Below, piece after piece: positions 41,701-52,072 of a stretch of DNA of 64,000 bases (positions within the stretch are counted from its first letter, which is position 1; every line of letters begins with the position of its first letter). The stretch covers positions 1-64,000 of IMG/VR virus record IMGVR_UViG_3300045747_000454. The stretch is one strand, 5' to 3'. Origin of the DNA: a virus. The translations under genes were made by a program, and so were the position numbers. The notes beneath the pieces were generated by a model. It did no database searches, was not told the origin of the DNA, and worked only from the letters and a program-made list of their open reading frames with translations.

Positions 41701-43169
41701 CCAAAGACGATGCGATTGCGATTGCGAATCGTCAGCGTTGTATTCAGCGGTGGCTGTGTCAAATGGGTGATGACGAATGAGAAGTGTGGCGAGGTGAAGG
41801 TTGCACCAGTCGGAGTCGCCACAACCCAACCAATGTATCCCTCCAGCTCGCTGAAAACGGTGTAGTACGGAGCCGCTGCATCAGCGGCGATGATGCGCCA
41901 AACGTCAGCTGGATTGGCGGTCAGCGTAGCGTCGATGTTCGTGATGGTCGCGTAGGCGTTCGCGACGCTGTTGTACTCTGGGTGCCCAGGCTCACGCACA
42001 TCGAACTCGCCGTAGGCGTTGAAGTAGAATGGCGGTGAGAAGGACGCGAAGGCTTCGCTGACGTACTGCGTCGATGCGCCAGCAGAGTCGCCAACCCAGC
42101 CAAGATAGCCAGCCACCACGCTCGTGCCATCGGCAAGCAGCTGATTCAACAATGGCTCGTAGTTGCTTCGAAAGAGTGGCAACGCTGGGTCACCAGACAC
42201 ATTCGACCACGGCAGATGACTGGCGCCAGTCGCATCAACGTCAATGAGACGATGATACAGAGTGTTGTAGGCTGTGAGGCTAGTTGAAGGCAGCAGCGCC
42301 ACTCGGTCCTGCACCCAAGAGATTAGCTTGTAGCCAGTAAGCACCGGCACCGTGAAGCCGTCGGTGATTAGGCGATTGCGAAGTACGGTGTAGTCGGCGA
42401 CGGCCGGCGCAGCGTTGACGGTTGCCAGCAGCCCATTGAGCAGCGTTCGAGCATCAGTCGAGATGGTCAACGCTCCAATCGCCGTGAGCAGCGCCTTGAC
42501 CTTGGAGATGGCAGACTTCGAATTCGTCGTGTCATTGCCACGCAGTCGAGCAATCTCTGACGCGTGAGAGACAATACCGTCCTTGCGAACATCCACCCAC
42601 TGTGGCAAAAAGTGCTCACCAGCGTCGTCCGTCTGACGAACTCGAAACTGAAAGGCACCTTGACTGCGAAAGTAGTCGAGACCTTCGTACAGTGGTTCGG
42701 TGCGAGCGCGAACGCCCTCACGCTCAACCAACACGTCGGCGACACCGTCAAACGTCTGCTTCGAGTAGACGTACGGGACGGTCGACAGCTCGCTGACCTC
42801 GTCTCGACCAACCTTGATTGCGCCGACGCCTGGCAGTAGCGTGAGCGGATCCGTGTTCAGTGGCCAGCCCTTGCCAAACGGCGAGTGCAGCGCCTTCATC
42901 GGCATTGCGAGCGATGAACCAACACCACCAGAGAAGTAGTTGTACAGCCAGGTCGAGCTGACGTGCGTGAAGGTCTTCGTAGCCTCGGTGAGCTTGACGC
43001 TCATCGTGTCAGCGAACTGATACTCCTCGACGACGTCGGTCAGCTTAGAGTGATATGGCTTTGTGTCCTCGATGAAGGAAGCCAGCGCACCAACGTAGCG
43101 GGAGGACCGCGTCAGAAAGTTATTCGACTGAGCGTACCTTGCGCTGCGATTGTGGAAAGTGTTGGCCAT
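38769..43169 (-). CDS. large baseplate-associated structural protein
   Basis: 1466 aa; FIEDTKPYHSKL; repeated beta modules ending GD.F.F. Confidence 0.8.
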   Translation of the reverse strand: MANTFHNRSARYAQSNNFLTRSSRYVGALASFIEDTKPYHSKLTDVVEEYQFADTMSVKLTEATKTFTHVSSTWLYNYFSGGVGSSLAMPMKALHSPFGKGWPLNTDPLTLLPGVGAIKVGRDEVSELSTVPYVYSKQTFDGVADVLVEREGVRARTEPLYEGLDYFRSQGAFQFRVRQTDDAGEHFLPQWVDVRKDGIVSHASEIARLRGNDTTNSKSAISKVKALLTAIGALTISTDARTLLNGLLATVNAAPAVADYTVLRNRLITDGFTVPVLTGYKLISWVQDRVALLPSTSLTAYNTLYHRLIDVDATGASHLPWSNVSGDPALPLFRSNYEPLLNQLLADGTSVVAGYLGWVGDSAGASTQYVSEAFASFSPPFYFNAYGEFDVREPGHPEYNSVANAYATITNIDATLTANPADVWRIIAADAAAPYYTVFSELEGYIGWVVATPTGATFTSPHFSFVITHLTQPPLNTTLTIRNRNRIVFGPDAPLETWTVIKTTPTSYTRPTLTTTRYGYLSNVALSGQLLDTGYVVLTARADGTTFDVTHDRMPSFTGVATVGNQITFAGRIGFRINAGSAYTFHEGDRFFIHVKNDPAKIEDLDLGFGYDLDSFDNQDALYAGTTTAINFAYATRFTDYDMVLFNLQMAQNAVAGRKWRITAIPDLARPVATDVPIGGAPIPPEISVYYASTFAVTYSDNNFTTSTSLGTVAVGATFNNTAQGISFTLVEGTRPFIGVVINDVPAVSGGDVFSFGISNPNAVLDDLPAGLSSIYGARLMPHGDGFYEAPAGNWTVTFTSATTYTVACIRTDGGAAIPTTTCTLTALGAGANEGYSFKALGIHFTLRPGDAGFGAGDKFTFKTFTSKPTYLVHGSTSGWQANAVVGDAYWNGKIGFTIQQPTAMLHNSAMLEPTSLNHWTVGAGTLALTRLRFDAPNRTYTLTPVLQASVNIGWTVHASDRGIVGRLPMIGTFTDDHITLIANFTAADVVSLRLVITADDFDTWAGQDVIILNPDALDRRPNTNDFLLVDGRLNESLGINLNYDLSVSVPSITQLAPISIDPHYTDTTTGLSPIALSTTSPETDLLTTWLPLTLSPRDSATSIAVFSDDQTAIDVRSTSTGDLVGTLTGSVFTWDATFSAAYLPLNSEANIVIYNAGSGDRVRANITETLNFFISAGLTSTDYLLHDTAAVSMPETNDWVINIAQPESAATGVSDAQTGRFLAGHGNLPYDSEDNVNGYFDLGVPLTGTFMTAKELSVLPSPTVAQTVKLQQALILLSGFLVNNDIAQTELVDYLGLVEAHIAAHPEELLPSLTGFGYPESGVAFGSVMRDALLVVATNITTGLATAILHSNTLPIGQTVPNPLIQPAGTTYEGFSTPLTVTSPANVVQIRFLWTESNYAAFLAMPIPQVWVWLPGATAAVQLTATRVLMHEAAPVDYRLHEASWAIEVTLPSLTEAKIYLVPGP

Positions 43170-43172
43170 TTA

Positions 43173-46100
43173 TTAGTCGTACGTTGATGCGGCTGAGGTG
43201 TCATTGACGACGCGGATTGAGTAGACGGACAGGCGCGACGTCTTGAAGACGTCCGTCAGCTCGAAGTTCGAAGCCAGCAGGTCATTCAGAGCGCCAAAGA
43301 AGACCTCATTGATTTGCATTGGCTTAGCGGCTGTCCAGATTGTCGTCATTGTCTTTCGCGTTGCGGCGGCTGTTTCGAACCACTTGTCCTGGTCGTTGAA
43401 GTCGAGAGCGGTGATGAAGTCGGCAGGATAGGCGCCACTTGCGGATGGCGGGACTGTCTTGTCGACGAGCTGTGTATTTACAATGGTTTTGGTGACGGTG
43501 GAAATCAACAAATCCTTCGGTGCCAGCGTCTGCTCGGGTCCGAACCCAAACTGCGTGCGAGTACCGTTGCGCTCGTCATAGCCGACGCGCCGCAGCGCTG
43601 GCACGGCGTTGCCGGCTGCGTCCTGTCCTGCCAGCGAGTCCGTCAGCTTCAGCCACAGCGCTTCTGGAATCGTCGTGCGCTGTCCAGGACGAATCAGCGT
43701 CCACTCGGTGTGCGTGTCCTTCAGGTCGAGCTGGTTCGGGTCGTCGCGCAGCGTGAAGTTGCGCGTGAAGCGCAGCTTGAACGTGTCGTCCTTGCCAACG
43801 ACGTAGGACAGACCAGAGATCGTGATGGCGTCGTAGCGATAGCTCTGCGAGCCACTTGGCGGCAGCAGATGCTGAAAGGTCAGATAGTTAGCCGGACCAT
43901 CGCGCAGCGCCTGAGCGATTGCGTTGGTCGACAGCTTCTTGTTGCGAGCGGCGATGGTCTTGTTGGTGACCCAGAAGTAGTAGATCGGCGAGGACGGTGC
44001 GCCATCGATGTCGCGCGTCGACAGCACGACGTACTCATAGTCCTTCTTGTACTGATGTTGAAAGGTCAGGTCATCGGCAACATCTGGGTTGAATGCCAGC
44101 TCGGCAGCGCTCGGTTCGTACTTGCGAATGATTGCCACGACGGTCGAGTACGGTTGAACGTTGGCGACGGTGATGGTTGCACCGGTAATGGTGTAGTTCG
44201 CCGTCAGCTGAATCAAACCATCGACGTAGACTGAGGTGCGTGAAGCGTCGATGTCAGTGGTGCTGACCAGCGGAGACGCACCAACGGTGGATAGGCGAAC
44301 TGTGTCAACGACACTCCAGTCGGTCCACGCCGTAGCGTAGCGCTCGATGACCGTGCCGTCGTTCAGCGTCCACGGTGTCTTGGCGTAGGCGACCGCCTCT
44401 TGAACCTGAGTCAGCGTGAAGGCTGGCGCAGAGATGAGCTCACCAAGGTATGGCTTCCAAGCTGAGTTCGGCTGCTTGCCATCGGCATCAAGCTCTGCCT
44501 GCGTTGGCACAGACCAAGCGCGCCACTCGGTGCGACCAGCATCGAGCGTGTCATTGGAGAAGCCGTCAGTTGGAATGGCTGGCCACGGTGTAATTTCAGA
44601 GAGCGTCGCAGCATCGCGAATCGTCACGTTGGCGCCAAGCGCTGCAGCAATCGAGTCGCGCAGCACGGTCACACTCGCCGTGCCGCCAGTCATCGTCGTC
44701 ACGGAGATGCGCAGACCGAAGGTCGGCAGATCGAACAGCTGAACCTCGCCAGTCACGAACTCGACGTTCGGCGCTGGTGGTTCAACGATGCTGGTCGTAG
44801 CGATGGACGATTGCGAGATGGCAAGCAGCTCAACGCGACCGCTGTCGACCTCAGTGACGCGCAGCGAGTGCGTGTAGTCGTAGATGATGACGCCGGTGTT
44901 CGTCTCAAGGCGAGCAGCGACATTGTCGTCCTGCAGCAGGTGCGAGAACAGCATTGGACCGACTACGTCCGTGTAGGTCAGCATCGAAACGGCGACCTTC
45001 AGCGTGATGCCAGCCAGCGTCAGCGTGACTGGCGCCAGAGTAGGCTGCGGCTGCGCCGTCTCGACGAAGCGCTTGGCACCAATGGCAACGACTTGACCCT
45101 CGCTCAGTGGGCGCAGGTCTGTTGCCACATTGTTCCAGGCGCCGATGCGAGAACCGAGCACGATGCCGTAGTCGCTGAACAGACCACGCTCAAGCGAGGC
45201 GGTGGTGCCATTGATGTAGAGGCGAGAGTCGAACGAGTGATTGAAGACTGGGTGAATCTCTGCAAGTGGGCGCGCTGCCTTCGACCAAGCGATTGGACGA
45301 ATGCTCCACTCGCGGTCACGAAGGTAGGTTTGCTGCAGCGCAACCTCACCGGCAGCCTTGGTGTTCGAATCAAGGCTGGCGTTACCAGCCTGCTCAGCGG
45401 CGAGCGCGTTGTACTCGCTTGGTGGCACTGGCGACTGCACCCACTCGTAGATGTCGATGGTCGAATAGTCGGTCAGCGCACCCCAGCGCGAGAGGCGAGC
45501 TGGACGATCTTGAAAGATGACATCGTCGTAGTACGGCAGATAGGCGAGATTTGTCGTATCGAACCAGACACGACCCAGCTCGTTGTCGCCCCATGGGCGC
45601 AGCGGGTCATACGAATTGTTGTTCGCTACCTTCGTGCTGACGTTGTACTTCGCTGGGTTGATCATTGAGGTGACGTTGACTGACTCGAGCGCCGTGGCGT
45701 TGTGCTGACCAGCGGCAGGATGCCAGAATGGAATCTCCTCGATCAGCTCGTTAGCCACGTAGTTGATCAGCTTGATTGGGCTGTACTTCGGCGTGGCGGC
45801 TCCATAGCCGGTGATGGTGATCGAGCCAGCCGTGCCAGCGATCACCGTCGTGGCGTTCAGCTGCGTTGCCAGCGAATCGCTGATGACCAGCTTGTCGGCA
45901 ATGAAGGGCACCGTGATGACCTCACCGACCGTCACGACCTTGGTGTACGAGCCAAGCACGGCAGCCTTGAAGAACGTGTCGAGGTTCAGGTCATCGATCG
46001 AGAACCAACGAGCCTCATCGTAGTTGTAGATTGGCGTGAAGCCCTCGTTCGACAGCGTGCGGCTATCGAATTGCAGCTGCGTGAACTGTTGCACGGTGTC

Positions 46101-49100
46101 GGTCGTCTTCAGCTTCAGCTCTGGGAAGGTGCGCTCACGAGCGTCACCGTACTCGGCAACCTTGTACGCCCAGTACTCGTCGATCTTCGCCTCTTGAAAG
46201 CGATCGTTGTTCAGAAAGGCGGTCACCGACATGTTGGTGCCCTTCATCTGAATCAGACCACGCCAGAAGTTGAACTGCGACTTCTCTTGAATGTCGAGGT
46301 TGTCGAAGTAGTCCTTCGTGTTGAAGCCAAGCAGCGCCAGCGCGTGGCGAGTTGTCTGCACGGTCTCGAAGGCCTTCGACGGATCGTAGTAGGCGGCGAT
46401 GTTGTCGGTCGAAGCCTGCAGATTCTGACGAACCTCATTGCCAACGAGGTAGTGACCACCATACTCTGGTCGCATCGTCTCAGATCCCTGACGACGACCG
46501 TTGAACTTGTAGGTCACGACGCGTGAGCCGGTGAATGGTTGATACAGCACACCGTTGCTGATGCTGCTCTCAACGTAGCGTCCAAAGATGAAGAGGTGTT
46601 CATACTCGTCGAGCTGAGCGTGCGCCGAGTACATTGCCACCGCGCTACCGAAGCGCGACAGCTTGTTGCCGCGAATGGCGTAGATTTCGTCCGAGCGCAT
46701 CTTGCGTCCGCCAAGGTCGAAGACCGCTGGGTGAATGTTGATGTCAAACAGACCAGCATCGGAGAACTCTGACAGCAGCCCAGAGTCCTGTTGAATCCAC
46801 AGCTGCTCTGTGAATGGCGAGACGACGATGCCCTGCTCGACCTCAACACCAAGATACAGCGTGTTCAGGAACTTCTCAATCTCGAGCTGCCACGTGCGAA
46901 GACGATTCGTTTCAGCGTCTGTGTTCGTCTCAAGGTCGAGCGCGAAGCGCCAACCGTCGACAAGCAGCTTCTGCGTGTAACCGAAGAGGAAGTTGACAAC
47001 GTTCTGCGCACCGGTGATTGTCAGCGGGAAGTCGGCAGTCAGCACGCCAGTGTTCTGCGTGTACTGCTTCCAAACGGTGTCCGTCGTTCGCTGGTCGAGA
47101 ACGTTGAACGTCTCGAACGTTCCAGCAGGGTCGACATTGTAGTAGTCGACGCTAGTGTGCAGCGGATTGTAGTTCTCGATACGGAATGTCCAATCGGCAG
47201 CGTCGGTAGCTGGATGAACCAGACCGTCGTCGGTGAGAACGTTGTCGCCGATGATCGTGATCGAGATGCGCAATCCGTAGATCCACAGGTCGCGCGTGAA
47301 GCTGTTCTTCTTGACGATGAGGTCGTAGCTCGACGTCGTCAGAGAGTCTGAGTCGGTGTAGACAACGAGGTCATCAGTCGAAACGAGACCACCAGCACGG
47401 TAGCCCATGTCAACATCCCAATTACGATAGGCGTCGATGGCGTAGGAGCCAGTTGTGTCGATGGCGACTTGTCGAAGAGCGTGCGTGAAGGTCTGACCGA
47501 AGCCATGAAAGATGTGGCGCAGCGCTGGCGCGAACGTGATGGTCGTCGGCGTGAAGGTGAACTTGTCGCCCTTGTGGAATGGTTGTCCAAAATCCTCGAT
47601 GCGCAGCCCAGTGAGCCCTGATAGATTGACCGTGGCACCCTCACGAGCGTAGCCGATGATGACGCCAGCTGAGTTGCGAACCGTAAAGTTCTGATAGCGC
47701 TGATTGCCGGCAACCTCATAGGCGTCATAGGTGATTGTGCCGCTGATGGTCGCGCTCGTGATTGAGCAAGAGCTCGCACGGTCGATTTGACGAATCTCGT
47801 CGCCATGCAGCAGAAAGCGCTTGTGGCCTGGAATGCTGACGTCGTAGCCATCGTAGAGCAGACCATCAACGGACACCCAGTTGTAGCCCCAGCAGTAGCT
47901 GAGGAACAGCAGCGGGTCGTACTTGAACAGAGCGCGCACGAGCGAGTAGCGATACTCGACGGTCGTCTTCCACGCCGTCTCGACTGGACTGTTCTGTCCG
48001 TAGGCGTAGCCGTTCAGCTTGTTCGGTGGACTCTGCGTTGTCAGCGCATTGACTGACTGTGGGTTGGTTGCGCTGACGTACGGCGCGAGCAGCACGTCGC
48101 GAACCGTATCAACGGAGAGGCGCAGCGTCGGACGACGACTTTGAATGTTGGCCCAGAGCGACGCGTTCCAGTAGCGAACCTGCTGAAAGACGACCGAGCT
48201 AACACCAAGGTTGGCAACGCTGTAGCGCAGCACCCACTTGGTGCCAACGTACGAGGTGCCCTCAAGAACGGCAACGTAGCTGTTCTGAATCAGCGAGACG
48301 GCAGCACGAGTCCAACCGCCAGCCGAGGCGGTCCAAATCCCGTTGTTGGCTGCTGTGGTTTCGCTGGTCAGCAGCACGCGGTCTCCAGCGCGCAGAATGA
48401 CTCCATCGATTGTTTGCAACCCTGACAGCACGGTAGAACCAGCCGTGGTCTTGACGGCGCGAACGTAGCCAGCATCGTAGAAGGTGCCGTTGTCAATCGT
48501 GTCTGGCGTGGCGTACGGCTTCGATGCCGCCACGAGCGCGGGCTCTGTCGCATCCCAATCGGCGAACGTAGCGTAGCCGAGCAGGCGCCACGGCTCGATG
48601 TTTGGACGATGCGTGACGAGAACGCCTGACACCGTGCGCTGATGCGCCTCGAGCACGTCGTACCAGCGGGCAGGTGTCGTTGCCACGTTGAGCGTCACGC
48701 CAGGGCTGAGCATGGCGTTCGAGTAGTTCCACGTCAGCGCGTTGGTTGAGACGTAGTCAGAACCCAGCGGGTCGAAGTTGTTGCGTGATGCGAAGAGGAA
48801 CAGCTCCTTCTTGAGCAGGTCTTGATAGTCTGGCGCTGCGAGAATCGCCTGCGCCGCCGATGATCCATCGAAGATGACGCGAGCATTTGGATTGCAGTGG
48901 TCGTACAGGCGCTGTTCAATTTTCAGCAGTACCTGATTGAGCGTGTCAGCGAGGCTGATGACGCGCCAGGCGCCAGCCGAAGCGTCGTAAGCCTCCATGA
49001 TGCTCGTGCCCTGCGTCATGTGAATCCACAGCATGCCATCAAACGGCGCTGGTGGTGGTGTTTGTGCCGTGCCACCAAGCGCTGTTCGGTTGGTACCATT

Positions 49101-52013
49101 CGGCAGCGTGACAACCTTGTCGTACTGAGTGTCGAGAATCTGCTGACGGAAGTCGTTCGAATCAACCCACAGCGACGAGCTGTGCCCATCGTGATGGAAC
49201 AACATCAGCGTGCCAACTATGGTGTTGTAGTCAATGGCTGGGAGAGCTCGTGGTAGCGCGCCAAGCTGCGGCAGCGTGGCTGGGAAGCCAGTGACACCAG
49301 AGGTTGAATCGTACAGCACCTGACGAACGTCATTGTCAGCCGCGCGAATCGACAGAATGTAATCGACGAGAGCGTCAATCTTCGCGTCCTGCGCCGCCGT
49401 ACTATCGTAGTCAACAACGCCGTGCGAGACGAAGTACTGAGCGATGTTCTGCTTGAAGATGTCCTCAACAGCGCCAAGCCCGTTGATGTACTGCTTCTGC
49501 GCTAGGTCGATGATGCTGATTGGAGTCGAATCCTTCTGCATCAGCAGCGCAGCGAGCAGCGAGTGTTGCTCGCTCCAGCTCTTGATGACGCCGCCGAAGG
49601 CTTCATCGAGCGTCGTGCCAGGTGGTTGATTCAGCAGAATGCTGCGAAAGTGTCCATAGAGCGAGCCCTCAAGAATGTCGTCGCTGGCATTGTTGTACGG
49701 GTTGTTGATGAACGACCGCGAGACCTGATAGGCGCCAATCTTGTTGACGTCAGCGGCTTCGCCGCCATAGAGGTCCGCCACGTTGTCAGCAGCATCACGA
49801 TAGACGTAGCGCGGCGACTCGGCGTTGCCGATGCGAATAGTGAAGGTGTCGCCAACGTCGTAGGCAAGCGTGCCATTGGAGATGGTGAAGCTGAGCTCAG
49901 CGCTAGAGTATGGAACGCCGACAGTAGCCGAATTGACTCCGCTTGGAAGAACAACCGTCTTTGAGCCACTGACGCTGAACGTCGTGGGACTAGCTGCTGT
50001 CAGCGTCCACACCTGCTGTTGAGTGGTCGCTGTTGGGATGACAGAAATGATTTGACCCTTGCTAGCGCCAGTGAAGACTGGGGTCGAGGCGACTGGACCA
50101 GCGGAGACCGTGAAGGTGAAGGTTTCACCAACGGCGAACGGAACTTGACCATCGCTGACGAGCAGCGTGAACTGCGTGTTCGAGAAGAGTCCGCCAACGG
50201 TGACAACGCCTGGCGCACCAGCCGGTCCTGAGTTCGAACCTGATGCCAGAAAGGTTGACGGCGATGTTGCAACCAGCGTCCACGTTTGCGGTGTTGCCGA
50301 GTCGAATGGCACCAGGCTGGCGATGACGCCCTTGCCCTTGCCGACGAATGACGTATCAATCAGCGTTGGAACAGAGTAGCCAGCATGCCAGATGCTGTGA
50401 AGCGAACCATTGACCTTGTAGAACAGCGAGTTGCCATTCTCATCTACCAGACCATGATTGAAGATGTAGTCGGCGCTATCGGTCGTGCTTGCCTTGACGC
50501 GCTTCTGCAGCACAGCATCAAGGTCTGCCATCGGATCATCAGCGTAGAAGAAGATGGAGCTGACGCGACCGGCGTGCGTGCCGTCGTACCGATACAGGTC
50601 GAACATCGGCAGCTGATTGAACTCAGTCTTCTGCTGCTCGAACACGTAGCCAGAGTCCGATGGAGCGCCATCAGCATCGACATAGCCATTCAGCTGAAGG
50701 TTGCTATCATACTCGATGATTGGGCGCGATGCCTGAATGATGCCAGCGGTGTCGACGCCAAGCGCTTCAAGCTCAGTGATGCTGTACCAACGATTGCCCT
50801 CACGCCAGTCATTGGTGTTGCTTGGGTCAAGTGAGGCAGACCACGAGTTGCCTGCCGTCGAGGCGAAGAGCTTGTCAGCATTGACCGTACCGCTGCTGCC
50901 GACCCAGACACGAGCGTCAGCTACGATGTAGGCGCCATCGTAGTCTGCAGCGCGCGTCCAAGCGCGAGGACCAACAATGTAGATGCCGTTCTCTGTAGCG
51001 ACGTTATCCTTGACCAGCACGCGCTGTCCGGCTTCGAGAGTGATGCCATCAATCGTCTGATAGGCGTTCAACGTCTCGATGCCGACAATGCGACCCTTGA
51101 GTCCTGACGTAATCGTCTGGGCGATGCTATAGGTGGTGGAGATGAACTGCGTCGAGATGGTGAAGGTGTCGGTGGCAGCGAACTTCTCATTGTCGGACCA
51201 GACGCCAAGCTCGTTGAGAATCGGACTGCGCTGAATTGTCAGCTTGAGCAGCTGAACTGGAGCGCCGGCGCCAAGCTGAACCTTGAAGTAGAACACGTCA
51301 TAGACGACAGATCCAGGCAGCGCAGCATTCACCGTTGGCATCGTCGAGAGCGTGCAGCGCAGCGTTGATGAGTTGATGAGCGTCTGCATTCCGCTGATGA
51401 CCGCCGTGTAGCTGCCAAGCGAGTCGAGAGCCTGCAGCGTGAAGTGCAGTGAATCCGTGAAGGTGATTTTGAAGCGTTGATCAACGAAGCCAGAGCCAGT
51501 GCGAACGACAGATGTTGTGGTGGCAACGACGGCGCTAAGCTTATTCAAGTCAGCGTTGGCTGGGCGAGCAATGGCATAGTACTCTGGGTTTGTCCCAAGC
51601 CAGAAGTAATTGAAGTAGTTGGCGAACTTGTCGATGTTGATTGGTGGCAGGTAGTTGTTTGCCTGCGAGTATAGCCAGCGCTGACCAGCCGTCTTGACGC
51701 CAAGTGTCTCAGCCTTGCGAATGATGTCCTGCACGGTGAAGGCGTGCGTCTCGACGCCCTGCTTGAAGTTCAGCACTGGGATGATGGCGTTGATGTCACG
51801 CTCGACCGTCGACTGTGGAACACGAACCGTCTGGTCATCGAACGACGTTGGCTTGTGGCCGACGTAGCCGTACAGTGGCACGCTCTCGTCGTGCGTCATC
51901 ATTCGATTGAACAGATTGTCGATCAGGCCCGTGATCACAGGGTTCCGAAGGTTGCTCGGGACGTACTGCGTCAGGTCGTTGAACGGAAGGGCAAAGTCGA
52001 TCTTTTGTGCCAT
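43173..52013 (-). CDS. giant baseplate wedge/structural protein
   Basis: 2946-aa uninterrupted ORF; DKFANYFNYFW, QFNFWRGLIQMKGT, EYWAYKVAEYG; late promoter at 52039-52046. Confidence 0.85.
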   Translation of the reverse strand: MAQKIDFALPFNDLTQYVPSNLRNPVITGLIDNLFNRMMTHDESVPLYGYVGHKPTSFDDQTVRVPQSTVERDINAIIPVLNFKQGVETHAFTVQDIIRKAETLGVKTAGQRWLYSQANNYLPPINIDKFANYFNYFWLGTNPEYYAIARPANADLNKLSAVVATTTSVVRTGSGFVDQRFKITFTDSLHFTLQALDSLGSYTAVISGMQTLINSSTLRCTLSTMPTVNAALPGSVVYDVFYFKVQLGAGAPVQLLKLTIQRSPILNELGVWSDNEKFAATDTFTISTQFISTTYSIAQTITSGLKGRIVGIETLNAYQTIDGITLEAGQRVLVKDNVATENGIYIVGPRAWTRAADYDGAYIVADARVWVGSSGTVNADKLFASTAGNSWSASLDPSNTNDWREGNRWYSITELEALGVDTAGIIQASRPIIEYDSNLQLNGYVDADGAPSDSGYVFEQQKTEFNQLPMFDLYRYDGTHAGRVSSIFFYADDPMADLDAVLQKRVKASTTDSADYIFNHGLVDENGNSLFYKVNGSLHSIWHAGYSVPTLIDTSFVGKGKGVIASLVPFDSATPQTWTLVATSPSTFLASGSNSGPAGAPGVVTVGGLFSNTQFTLLVSDGQVPFAVGETFTFTVSAGPVASTPVFTGASKGQIISVIPTATTQQQVWTLTAASPTTFSVSGSKTVVLPSGVNSATVGVPYSSAELSFTISNGTLAYDVGDTFTIRIGNAESPRYVYRDAADNVADLYGGEAADVNKIGAYQVSRSFINNPYNNASDDILEGSLYGHFRSILLNQPPGTTLDEAFGGVIKSWSEQHSLLAALLMQKDSTPISIIDLAQKQYINGLGAVEDIFKQNIAQYFVSHGVVDYDSTAAQDAKIDALVDYILSIRAADNDVRQVLYDSTSGVTGFPATLPQLGALPRALPAIDYNTIVGTLMLFHHDGHSSSLWVDSNDFRQQILDTQYDKVVTLPNGTNRTALGGTAQTPPPAPFDGMLWIHMTQGTSIMEAYDASAGAWRVISLADTLNQVLLKIEQRLYDHCNPNARVIFDGSSAAQAILAAPDYQDLLKKELFLFASRNNFDPLGSDYVSTNALTWNYSNAMLSPGVTLNVATTPARWYDVLEAHQRTVSGVLVTHRPNIEPWRLLGYATFADWDATEPALVAASKPYATPDTIDNGTFYDAGYVRAVKTTAGSTVLSGLQTIDGVILRAGDRVLLTSETTAANNGIWTASAGGWTRAAVSLIQNSYVAVLEGTSYVGTKWVLRYSVANLGVSSVVFQQVRYWNASLWANIQSRRPTLRLSVDTVRDVLLAPYVSATNPQSVNALTTQSPPNKLNGYAYGQNSPVETAWKTTVEYRYSLVRALFKYDPLLFLSYCWGYNWVSVDGLLYDGYDVSIPGHKRFLLHGDEIRQIDRASSCSITSATISGTITYDAYEVAGNQRYQNFTVRNSAGVIIGYAREGATVNLSGLTGLRIEDFGQPFHKGDKFTFTPTTITFAPALRHIFHGFGQTFTHALRQVAIDTTGSYAIDAYRNWDVDMGYRAGGLVSTDDLVVYTDSDSLTTSSYDLIVKKNSFTRDLWIYGLRISITIIGDNVLTDDGLVHPATDAADWTFRIENYNPLHTSVDYYNVDPAGTFETFNVLDQRTTDTVWKQYTQNTGVLTADFPLTITGAQNVVNFLFGYTQKLLVDGWRFALDLETNTDAETNRLRTWQLEIEKFLNTLYLGVEVEQGIVVSPFTEQLWIQQDSGLLSEFSDAGLFDINIHPAVFDLGGRKMRSDEIYAIRGNKLSRFGSAVAMYSAHAQLDEYEHLFIFGRYVESSISNGVLYQPFTGSRVVTYKFNGRRQGSETMRPEYGGHYLVGNEVRQNLQASTDNIAAYYDPSKAFETVQTTRHALALLGFNTKDYFDNLDIQEKSQFNFWRGLIQMKGTNMSVTAFLNNDRFQEAKIDEYWAYKVAEYGDARERTFPELKLKTTDTVQQFTQLQFDSRTLSNEGFTPIYNYDEARWFSIDDLNLDTFFKAAVLGSYTKVVTVGEVITVPFIADKLVISDSLATQLNATTVIAGTAGSITITGYGAATPKYSPIKLINYVANELIEEIPFWHPAAGQHNATALESVNVTSMINPAKYNVSTKVANNNSYDPLRPWGDNELGRVWFDTTNLAYLPYYDDVIFQDRPARLSRWGALTDYSTIDIYEWVQSPVPPSEYNALAAEQAGNASLDSNTKAAGEVALQQTYLRDREWSIRPIAWSKAARPLAEIHPVFNHSFDSRLYINGTTASLERGLFSDYGIVLGSRIGAWNNVATDLRPLSEGQVVAIGAKRFVETAQPQPTLAPVTLTLAGITLKVAVSMLTYTDVVGPMLFSHLLQDDNVAARLETNTGVIIYDYTHSLRVTEVDSGRVELLAISQSSIATTSIVEPPAPNVEFVTGEVQLFDLPTFGLRISVTTMTGGTASVTVLRDSIAAALGANVTIRDAATLSEITPWPAIPTDGFSNDTLDAGRTEWRAWSVPTQAELDADGKQPNSAWKPYLGELISAPAFTLTQVQEAVAYAKTPWTLNDGTVIERYATAWTDWSVVDTVRLSTVGASPLVSTTDIDASRTSVYVDGLIQLTANYTITGATITVANVQPYSTVVAIIRKYEPSAAELAFNPDVADDLTFQHQYKKDYEYVVLSTRDIDGAPSSPIYYFWVTNKTIAARNKKLSTNAIAQALRDGPANYLTFQHLLPPSGSQSYRYDAITISGLSYVVGKDDTFKLRFTRNFTLRDDPNQLDLKDTHTEWTLIRPGQRTTIPEALWLKLTDSLAGQDAAGNAVPALRRVGYDERNGTRTQFGFGPEQTLAPKDLLISTVTKTIVNTQLVDKTVPPSASGAYPADFITALDFNDQDKWFETAAATRKTMTTIWTAAKPMQINEVFFGALNDLLASNFELTDVFKTSRLSVYSIRVVNDTSAASTYD

Positions 52014-52038
52014 CTTGCTAGCCAGTGAGAGGATAGGC

Positions 52039-52046
52039 TATTTATG
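52039..52046 (-). promoter_or_regulatory. late promoter CATAAATA
   Basis: Intergenic, upstream of the 2946-aa gene. Confidence 0.8.
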
Positions 52047-52072
52047 GCATTGCGAGATTTCAAAAAGTTGGG